A stretch of DNA of 64,000 nt. Origin: a virus (taxonomy: Duplodnaviria; Caudoviricetes). This document shows positions 56,394 through 64,000 of this stretch, piece by piece (position 1 is the stretch's first letter; each line of letters starts with the position of its first letter). The translations under genes and the position numbers were made by a program. The notes beneath the pieces are model-generated. The model was not told where the DNA came from. It searched no databases and saw only the letters and a list, made by a program, of their open reading frames with translations. The stretch lies in the IMG/VR virus record IMGVR_UViG_3300034062_006701. One strand, written 5' to 3'.

Positions 56394-56861
56394 ATGAACG
56401 ATGAGTTAAACAGCGAAGTAGGCACATTATTAGATCAGCTTCAAACATTTAGTACGAAAGCAGAAACAATTAGAGAAGTCAGAGACCCTCTCAAAAAGGA
56501 AGATCTTGAAAAATTTACTATAGAGAAAGGTGGAGAGCTTGTACAGGACGCTCTTGATATGGTTGCAACTGTAAAGGATTTTATCATCTCGGCACCGAAT
56601 GCGGAGGATGTTGAGTCGCTCGCGGGTTTAATTAAGGCTGCGTCATCTGCAATTGATACTCTCAATCACCTTGCGGTAGCTAATAAGCGATCTGATACAT
56701 CAATTAAACTTAAGGAAATGGATATTTCTTCGAAGAGAGAGTTACAGCAATCAGACAACACACAGCGTTTACTCGCCACCAGAGAAGAGATTTTTAAAAT
56801 GCTTGCTGATAAAGCTACACCTATTGAGGCAGAAGTTGTAAAAAGTGAGCGTGTAGATTAA
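56394..56861 (+). CDS. Helical hypothetical protein
   Basis: 155-aa ORF after TAAGTA. Confidence 0.7.
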   Translation: MNDELNSEVGTLLDQLQTFSTKAETIREVRDPLKKEDLEKFTIEKGGELVQDALDMVATVKDFIISAPNAEDVESLAGLIKAASSAIDTLNHLAVANKRSDTSIKLKEMDISSKRELQQSDNTQRLLATREEIFKMLADKATPIEAEVVKSERVD

Positions 56862-58027
56862 TTGCTAGATTTACCAGATTTAGAATTCGTCTCAGCATTT
56901 GGATTTTTATCACAAGTTGTGAGTTCTTTAACAATTTCTTTGTAAATTTCTTCCGGATCAGGAATCATCTCTTTAAGCTGTTCGGTAATACTACCGAGCT
57001 GCTGTTGTATATTAGATAGAGTATCCTCTAATTCCTTCTTCACCTGTTTAGCAATATCTTCAAGGCTTGGAAATTCAATTTCTGTTAGACTGTCCCAGCT
57101 AGGCATTGTTATTTTAGGTAATTGGAAGTTACATATTATAGCTTTAACTTGCTTTTCAAGTGCAATTGCTCCTTGAAGACTCGTTGGTGGGCCGTTATGG
57201 AATACATCTGTAGCTGTACTAAAGACAGATGTAAGAGACCCTAGATCAACTGATGGTAGCGCTGCCTGTAGGTTTAGACCTTGTGCCGCGGTACCAACAA
57301 CACTCTGAACTGCACCGAGGGGGTTGCTTAAGGCACTAGTGAGGTTAGTACCGCCAGGAAGGTTACCTAGTGCATTAGTAACGACATTGATACCCGGTAT
57401 CTTTGCAATTGATTGATTAATTTGACTAGTAGGTAAAATATTATTCAAGGAACCAGCGGCTGTTGATGTTAAATTACCGAAAATCTGACTGGTGTTTGAT
57501 TGTAATAAGCTACCATATTCTGTGAATCTCTGACCCATTGTACTGACAACAGAGCTTGAACCCGTGTTAAATAATTGTGCAGCAGAGTTGAAGGTTGCGT
57601 TTCCTGCTTCTACAGTATTCTGTGTAATAGCTGGTGATCTTGCTGCTCGTTGACCACCGCTTAACCTGGCTTGATCTATTATCTTGATATCAAATTTAAT
57701 TGCAGATAATGAGGCTATAGCTTTATATTGGTTTTCTGTTTCTGTAATTATTTTTTTGCCGAGAGCATCGACTGTCACCCATGTACCTTCAACATTAATT
57801 TCATATTTAAACGGTGCAACGAATTGCTTATTACTGTACTGACCTTCACTCTTTAGCTGCAAGGCCTGTGTACCACCGGTAGGTGGTATATATCGGTTAG
57901 GATCTACTGCATATGCTTGTGCCGCGGGAGTCAATACTTTTCCGGGATTAGGTGTAATACCAGGCTCATTTATAACACTATTATAAATGGAAGAAAATGT
58001 ACCAGTAGTAAATGAATTAGTAGCCAT
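56858..58027 (-). CDS. Baseplate-module protein of unknown function
   Basis: 389-aa ORF co-oriented with hub genes; low-complexity middle, acidic helical end. Confidence 0.55.
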   Translation of the reverse strand: MATNSFTTGTFSSIYNSVINEPGITPNPGKVLTPAAQAYAVDPNRYIPPTGGTQALQLKSEGQYSNKQFVAPFKYEINVEGTWVTVDALGKKIITETENQYKAIASLSAIKFDIKIIDQARLSGGQRAARSPAITQNTVEAGNATFNSAAQLFNTGSSSVVSTMGQRFTEYGSLLQSNTSQIFGNLTSTAAGSLNNILPTSQINQSIAKIPGINVVTNALGNLPGGTNLTSALSNPLGAVQSVVGTAAQGLNLQAALPSVDLGSLTSVFSTATDVFHNGPPTSLQGAIALEKQVKAIICNFQLPKITMPSWDSLTEIEFPSLEDIAKQVKKELEDTLSNIQQQLGSITEQLKEMIPDPEEIYKEIVKELTTCDKNPNAETNSKSGKSSN

Positions 58028-58036
58028 ATATATACA

Positions 58037-59692
58037 TTATGCTGACCCAGGTGAAGGCGGTGTTGCTGACCCCGCTACGTATTGCTGAGAAGTTGATGAG
58101 CGTCCTGCGACAGATCGTGAATTAGGGAAATATGATACAGACATCTTTGGTTCGGAGCTCGGATATCCCTTATTTCCTACACGTACGCCGAGAGCGGTTG
58201 CAGCTGCAGCTGACATTTCACCAGCTGATGCTCCACGTGGTCCGACATCTGCTACACGGGCCCAGATCTGTTGCTTGTTACTCTGGTTTGTTACCAATGC
58301 CCAATCACCGGTTTTTATACCGTGAGCTTTTTGCGCGTCAGGTGATACAACTACGTACGGTACTTTGCTCGCGTCAACAGGTGTTCCGTTTAACCGTAGA
58401 CTTGTTTCAGGCTGCCAGTCTGGGTCATTATATGGGTTACCAGGAGCACCATCTGTATCAACTCTTAATTTACCTTCAAGTGTAACAGCACTTCCTAATT
58501 CATTCTCATCTGGTACACCACCTGTACCATCACCTATTAATTTACCATTTATAAACTTACTACCACCGGTTCCTGGTACAATAGCGCCATCTGGTGGTGT
58601 TGTGCTTGTAGCATCAAGAGGGGTGTCAGATGATGATCCGGTATTTAGAGGTTGTAGATTACCGGTTGTATTATTGTTAGCTAATTCAAAATTCTGCTGC
58701 TGAGCATATAATGTTTGCTCTGCTAAAGCATCATTTACTTCTTGGTCGCGAATTGCTTGAGATGCGTTTGCACGTTCTTCTGATGTTATTACCACGAAAT
58801 CCTTATCATCACTAGCTATAGGGAAGATGTCTCTTAGGTTCATTGCTGTTTGGTTTGCAATATTACTTACATACTGTATAAATCCGAAAATCTTCGCTTC
58901 TGCAAATATAGATGCAAGTTTATCTTTTAGCATACCTAGCGATTCGTTTATAGTTACAAAAGTTGGTAGATCATTAATTAAATTTAACCCATGAGATGTT
59001 GATGCGTCTGCTGCTAAATTTTGCTGCAATGTTAAATTCGTGTATCCTACTCCCATTAGGTTATGTCTCATGTATGTTGTTGTTTTTTGACTCAGGTCAT
59101 ACATAACGTTTCTAGTATTTGCGCTTATTTTATTTTCAAGAGATGCGGAATATGGTACTGGTACACCATAATACTCTTGATTAATATCAAATAGAGGTAA
59201 TGTTGAATCAAGCTGTAAGTATTTTGAATTTGCTATTATACCTATACTGTCACTAACATTATCAAAGTAATTATCATAGCTAAACGAGCCATTGTTATAA
59301 GTGTTAGAAGAAAACCGTGATATACTCGGTAGTTGGTTGTTTAAGATGTTGTCACCATAATATGATACCTGAGAGCTGTAACTTATTATTTCTTTATTTG
59401 AATTTTTTAATTTCTGGTACCAGTATAAAATATTTTCAATTGAAAAATCTGCTTGCTTAAAATATACACTATTTATATTTGAAAAAAATACGTTTAGTGC
59501 TGTAATCACATCACCTTGTTTAAAGGTGTTTCTGTAATCAATCGCTGCAGAAATTTCACTATCTGAAATCGTTTCAGGTGGAAGAGCTTGTCTTAGGGTT
59601 GTATCGTTAGCCAATAATTCAAAAGAATTTGTGGCGTCTAAATCTGTAATATTAGGCGCTACTGTAATTTCGTTTGTGTTAGGCTGTCTCAT
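58037..59692 (-). CDS. Baseplate-module protein with a C-terminal GH75 (chitosanase-like) domain
   Basis: VDTDG..DPDWQPETSL..DASKVPYVVV..GDWALV..VADVGP..GEMSAAAATALG. Confidence 0.7.
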   Translation of the reverse strand: MRQPNTNEITVAPNITDLDATNSFELLANDTTLRQALPPETISDSEISAAIDYRNTFKQGDVITALNVFFSNINSVYFKQADFSIENILYWYQKLKNSNKEIISYSSQVSYYGDNILNNQLPSISRFSSNTYNNGSFSYDNYFDNVSDSIGIIANSKYLQLDSTLPLFDINQEYYGVPVPYSASLENKISANTRNVMYDLSQKTTTYMRHNLMGVGYTNLTLQQNLAADASTSHGLNLINDLPTFVTINESLGMLKDKLASIFAEAKIFGFIQYVSNIANQTAMNLRDIFPIASDDKDFVVITSEERANASQAIRDQEVNDALAEQTLYAQQQNFELANNNTTGNLQPLNTGSSSDTPLDATSTTPPDGAIVPGTGGSKFINGKLIGDGTGGVPDENELGSAVTLEGKLRVDTDGAPGNPYNDPDWQPETSLRLNGTPVDASKVPYVVVSPDAQKAHGIKTGDWALVTNQSNKQQIWARVADVGPRGASAGEMSAAAATALGVRVGNKGYPSSEPKMSVSYFPNSRSVAGRSSTSQQYVAGSATPPSPGSA

Positions 59693-59694
59693 TA

Positions 59695-61374
59695 TTAGTA
59701 TCCGTTAGAAACGAGTCCTTTCAACTCAGCATCATTAAAAGTATCATCTAGTTGTTTAAAGTTGTAGGTCTTAACACAATGAACATCTGTATAATATTCA
59801 TTACCTTCAAATATATGTCGTATTTCAACAATCATATATATACCTAATAATTTATTATCGAACTTACTTGATGGTATCGCACCATCTCTATCAATCCCTA
59901 TAAAGCACCCTGCTTGACGATGTGTTAAACCGGGTAAGCGAAAGGTAATTAAGTTATTCAAAAATACACTATTATAGAGAAAATCATTTCTACCTAAGTT
60001 TAATCTTTGATCAGGGTCTTGTTGTGAAAGAGAAAACACGTTTTGTACGTTTTTATTTGTATAGCGAAACTGACCAGGTGCAAAATTCGGGTAGGCAGGT
60101 GTACCGTCTCCGCTGTTCATTTTATTGACGTAATTTTTTTGATACATTTGCATGGATTGCTCTACACTGTTTCTCTCCACATCCATATTAAATTGTTTAT
60201 TTTCATAATCATAACTATGAACAATATGGGGTACAATTTTTTGTTGAGAATAAAGACCTGCCATATTATCAAAAGAAAAACTTTTTACAGTACCGAATCG
60301 TTCAAAATATATTCCTCCCGCAGGTACAAAATACGCTTCAGGTGCGGATCGACCATCTTCACCGGTGTATCCACCTATTTTAACTGTTTCAACGTATAAT
60401 GATCCCACCGTGTTTCTATCAGGATTATAAGCTTGATCAAAGTATTGTTTAATGCTTTTTAATGCAAATTGTCTAGGATATCTCTCAAGATGTAAAAAGC
60501 ATTTATCAAAGTCACTATCTTTATTTGATACATGACGTGATAGAATGTATTTGATACAATCAATAGCTTTGAAATTAGCTGGAGAGGAGAAAAATAGCTT
60601 CGTACCACCTATATCCCAATCGATATTATCAGGATCTATTTCACCGCTATCGCTGTTATTTGTAGCTGTGTTACCGGGAATTGTTTTAGAGAAATATACC
60701 GGATAACCATCATCAGGTGGGAATGCTGCTTTAAGAAATTCCATTAAAGCAACGCCGGTTTCTACACCGTCGTCTCCACTCAGTGTACCTTCTGTGTTTA
60801 TGTTACCTAGAGTATCATAAAAGCTCGGTATTGTAGCTGTTGTGAAGTTCACATTTTTTTCGAGTAATAATTGATAATAAAGATCCCAAAAATAGAGTTT
60901 TTTAAATTTTTGATCAGGTGAATCCCCTGTTATTTCTTCGCTGTTATAGATAGCGAAGTCATAGGACATACGAAACAACCGCTGTCCTTCCTCTGATTCC
61001 ATACTCTCAACGGCAGTGCCCTCTAACTGAGGCATAATGTCTATTCGGAGAATATCACGGGATTCACCACGGAATAAAAATCCCGCATTAATGTTCGAGC
61101 TTACGTTGCCTGATTTGTTGTAATACTCCGGGTCATTAAATTGAATTTCTTCAGGTGTATCGCGTTCAATAACATCAAAAGAATTGTCAATAACAATAGA
61201 ACCACTTTGAAAAATATTTTTAAATGTATCCGTGATAATTAAAGATTTTATAGCAGATGGCTTAATATCTTGTGCACGCGTAGTTTCACCAGCTACGCTA
61301 ATAATAGTAACCTTAAAAATATAGTTACTATTATTAATTTTATGTGTATAAGCGTCATTAAGAGGGTCATTCAT
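59695..61374 (-). CDS. Baseplate hub protein (gp27-like)
   Basis: Position in the module; C-terminal LLGIYMIVEIRHIF...YTDVHCVK. Confidence 0.55.
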   Translation of the reverse strand: MNDPLNDAYTHKINNSNYIFKVTIISVAGETTRAQDIKPSAIKSLIITDTFKNIFQSGSIVIDNSFDVIERDTPEEIQFNDPEYYNKSGNVSSNINAGFLFRGESRDILRIDIMPQLEGTAVESMESEEGQRLFRMSYDFAIYNSEEITGDSPDQKFKKLYFWDLYYQLLLEKNVNFTTATIPSFYDTLGNINTEGTLSGDDGVETGVALMEFLKAAFPPDDGYPVYFSKTIPGNTATNNSDSGEIDPDNIDWDIGGTKLFFSSPANFKAIDCIKYILSRHVSNKDSDFDKCFLHLERYPRQFALKSIKQYFDQAYNPDRNTVGSLYVETVKIGGYTGEDGRSAPEAYFVPAGGIYFERFGTVKSFSFDNMAGLYSQQKIVPHIVHSYDYENKQFNMDVERNSVEQSMQMYQKNYVNKMNSGDGTPAYPNFAPGQFRYTNKNVQNVFSLSQQDPDQRLNLGRNDFLYNSVFLNNLITFRLPGLTHRQAGCFIGIDRDGAIPSSKFDNKLLGIYMIVEIRHIFEGNEYYTDVHCVKTYNFKQLDDTFNDAELKGLVSNGY

Positions 61375-61375
61375 A

Positions 61376-61738
61376 CTATGTTAGTATTTTGTTAATTTCC
61401 TTTAATATTGTAGGTATAAACTCTGGTTTTATTAGTTTCAACACCGTGCCTGTTTTTGGTAGCTCAAACGGGTTATATATACCGTTAATAAGCAATATTA
61501 ACCACCATAATTCAATAGTCTGATACGCGTTAAAGCTTACCATTGTCCATGGTTCTGATTTTTTTGTAGTAATATAAAAAATTACGCTATCATCTAAGTT
61601 TTCGGGTAGAAAAATTGATTGTAATAAGTTATAATAATATTGGTTTTCGGACGTCTGATACATCTTAAATATCTTTTCGTACCTGTATACGTTAAGATCA
61701 GGTAGCGAGTTAATATTATTTTGGTAATCACCCTCCAT
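61376..61738 (-). CDS. Baseplate wedge protein gp53 / LysM-like
   Basis: WTMVSFNAYQTIELWWLILLINGIYNPF. Confidence 0.7.
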   Translation of the reverse strand: MEGDYQNNINSLPDLNVYRYEKIFKMYQTSENQYYYNLLQSIFLPENLDDSVIFYITTKKSEPWTMVSFNAYQTIELWWLILLINGIYNPFELPKTGTVLKLIKPEFIPTILKEINKILT

Positions 61739-61771
61739 ATAGATATTTAACTGCCTTTCTTGCTTTTGAAA

Positions 61772-63067
61772 CTATATGCCGAAATTAACTGATGAAGGAT
61801 GTGTAGCGGCGTAAAATGGACTACCAGCAGCTGCACGTTCAGGGAGGGTCGTAGCGGTTGACGTTGTGGTAGGAACGACTCCCGGTGTAGCTATAGCTGT
61901 TTCCACCACATTGTGATTACTAATCATATGTTGCATGAAGTTTTTTGTATTTGCTGTCATACTTTTAAGCGATATTCTTACACGGTATGCATCAGGTATA
62001 ATCGCCTTCATAGGTGTGGATCCGCTTGTATAGCCTAAAAATTGACCAGCTACATCTCCTAAGAACGATGACGTGCTATTGCTTGTAGGTACATTAATAG
62101 TCATTTCACGTCTTGATCCCATAAAGTCAATAGTTATTGCTGTTATATAACAAAACGGGAAAAACTTTGTACCTGGTATCTCTACTTGATATATTACCGG
62201 TTGATCAACAGTATTTTTGCCTGTCTTACCTGGTCTGTTTTGATACACAAGTAGAAATAAAAATTGCCAATTTTTAATTACGTCATCATATGTAACTTCA
62301 CCAGTATTGATTAATGGAAATTCAATATTAATATCTTCACCTTCTGTCGGGTAATTATAAAATTTTGTTTTTTCAATATAAGTGATTTGTGTAGGTGCAT
62401 TGATTGAAGCAGTGACCTCAGCTGCTTCTGTTACCATTCCAAGAAGAGGAGCTGCTGCATCTCCTAGACCACCTACCTTACCGGATTCAGAAAAGGAATT
62501 AGCTTGATTAGCGTAGTTGTTATCAAAATACGGTAGAACATATACCCATCCAGTAGGATCTGTTAGATATAAGTTACGATATGGCTCAAGCCATTTACTC
62601 TTATTAACAGTTGGGTTATTATCATCACCAAACTGATCTGTAAACCTACCGATAAAAGTATCAATCTGATCGGGCGCGGCTGCTGCTGCATTTTTTAATT
62701 TTCCAATAAAATCGCTTATGTTAGGTTGATTGTTATTACTTGCAAATTGCTGTATGTTTGCGAGAGTTACTGTTGAATTGTTAAATGTCTCACCGAGGGA
62801 GTACTTAAGCTGACTAACAAGCGCGTTTGTGCGTAATTTTCTTTCAGTCAAGATAACTCTCGGCACTTCCTGTCTAGCTTCACCGAGCTTAGAATATGTC
62901 CAGTAAAAGTCCCTAACAACATTAATCTGTGTAGTTGTTGCACCTACACCTGTATTTGTTGAGTTAGCAACGCTCACAGGCTTAATAGTGGGGAGTGAAA
63001 GGGTGGGTTGACTAACACTACCGAGACCGGTATTATTATTTACAAACCCCCATAAAAAGTTTGGCAT
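61772..63067 (-). CDS. Baseplate-tail tube junction protein (gp48/gp54-like)
   Basis: INIEFPL..FLFLLVYQNRP..PVIYQVEIPG..CYITAITIDF. Confidence 0.55.
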   Translation of the reverse strand: MPNFLWGFVNNNTGLGSVSQPTLSLPTIKPVSVANSTNTGVGATTTQINVVRDFYWTYSKLGEARQEVPRVILTERKLRTNALVSQLKYSLGETFNNSTVTLANIQQFASNNNQPNISDFIGKLKNAAAAAPDQIDTFIGRFTDQFGDDNNPTVNKSKWLEPYRNLYLTDPTGWVYVLPYFDNNYANQANSFSESGKVGGLGDAAAPLLGMVTEAAEVTASINAPTQITYIEKTKFYNYPTEGEDINIEFPLINTGEVTYDDVIKNWQFLFLLVYQNRPGKTGKNTVDQPVIYQVEIPGTKFFPFCYITAITIDFMGSRREMTINVPTSNSTSSFLGDVAGQFLGYTSGSTPMKAIIPDAYRVRISLKSMTANTKNFMQHMISNHNVVETAIATPGVVPTTTSTATTLPERAAAGSPFYAATHPSSVNFGI

Positions 63068-63085
63068 ATTATTATTTATTCAATG

Positions 63086-63997
63086 CTATCTTGACAACAA
63101 AGATTCCCTAAACATCATACTCGTAACAGGATTTGACATAAATGTCGTCGGGCTGCTAACATTGTTAACAGTTACCGATTTACCTGTGTTTTCTTTAAAG
63201 GCTCTAAACGCTTCTACTAGCTCCTTAGTATTATCGGATGTCTTTTTTTGTTGTTCGAGTTGACTAATGAAATATTTTGTTTGAGATTGAAATGCTTTAA
63301 TAAGAGCTTCTTGATCAAACTTATTTCCCTCCATATATGTCTGAGCTTCAGGTGTTAGCTTCTGCTCTGTCGATGGCTTAATATTGGGTAAGTTTATTAT
63401 CTTGCCCTGATTTTCAACTCCTCTAATAACTGGCACATTATTGGTAGAATCTGCTTCAAGTTTATTATTAGTTGTAAAAGGTGTTGCATCTCTACTTGCG
63501 GCCGATGCTTTTGTTTTAGCTAATACATCAGGTTTTGTCTCTTGCTTTTCTTGTTTACCATCAACAGTTATAGGTGTTGTAGGTGGTAGAGTTGTAGTTG
63601 CTGCGGAGGCAGTTGTCGCGACATTAATACCAAGTACCTCAGCGACTTTTTGTTTTAAACTCCACTTACCCACTTTAATGTCAGGAATCATATCTAAGAC
63701 AGCTCTAAGTAAACTGTCCTTTATAGTTGACCAAAAATCCGCAATATTATTAGTAGCAGTTACAGAGACAGCTTTTGCCCCACCAATAAGTAGATCACCT
63801 ATGACGCGTAGTGGCTCTAACGCTTCACCTAAATACCCAAACGCATCGAGCCATCTACCATCACCGATGGATTCGCCTGCTTGTATGAGAGGACCTATAA
63901 TAGGTATGCTTTTAGCTTTATCATAGAGCCATTTTCCTGCTGTCACTAACCAGTCACCTGCTACAGGTGCATATTCTTGTGCTTTTTCAAGTAACAT
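63086..63997 (-). CDS. C-terminal part of a tape-measure / gp29-like protein (continues beyond the window)
   Basis: Helical AG-rich segments; C-terminal VTVNNVSSPTT; adjacent to the gp48/54-like gene. Confidence 0.55.
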   Translation of the reverse strand: MLLEKAQEYAPVAGDWLVTAGKWLYDKAKSIPIIGPLIQAGESIGDGRWLDAFGYLGEALEPLRVIGDLLIGGAKAVSVTATNNIADFWSTIKDSLLRAVLDMIPDIKVGKWSLKQKVAEVLGINVATTASAATTTLPPTTPITVDGKQEKQETKPDVLAKTKASAASRDATPFTTNNKLEADSTNNVPVIRGVENQGKIINLPNIKPSTEQKLTPEAQTYMEGNKFDQEALIKAFQSQTKYFISQLEQQKKTSDNTKELVEAFRAFKENTGKSVTVNNVSSPTTFMSNPVTSMMFRESLLSR

Positions 63998-64000
63998 TCC

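Noticed and set aside
63441-63926. 161-aa plus-strand ORF
   Set aside because: Antisense shadow of the tape-measure-like gene; no promoter or motifs

Overview
AT-rich segment of a large T4-like (myovirus-type) phage genome using the standard genetic code; a lipoprotein-type lysis gene points to a Gram-negative host. (1) 221-1872, minus strand: a dense RNA region with two sigma70-type promoters, each followed by an rRNA-style boxA. They drive tmRNA (34-codon tag), an unassigned 85-nt structured RNA, tRNA-Thr and tRNA-Trp, then tRNA-Met(CAT) and a ~590-nt ornate RNA resembling GOLLD. (2) 1.9-11.3 kb: mostly minus-strand early/middle genes (2OG-Fe(II) oxygenase, HAD nucleotidase, RNase H, truncated RadA/Sms ATPase, tRNA-Gln, small unknowns); several of their promoters share a TTCCT box. 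(3) 11.5-41.2 kb, plus strand: fibre and receptor-binding genes, with three Cys-rich 15-aa-repeat fibres, two trypsin-like proteases, an L-type lectin, an RCC1 / GT9-like / sulfotransferase / GT9-like cassette, LamG and propeller proteins and an S74-chaperoned fibre. (4) 41.2-42.8 kb: lysis cassette (u-spanin-like lipoprotein, holin-like protein, lysozyme). (5) 43-45 kb: zincin, PD-(D/E)XK nuclease, ferritin-like gene. (6) 45.2-64 kb, mostly minus strand: baseplate module (gp6, gp25, gp53-, hub- and gp48/54-like, and a GH75-domain protein) interrupted by clamp loader gp44 and dUTPase. All family assignments come from motif recognition by eye; no searches were run.
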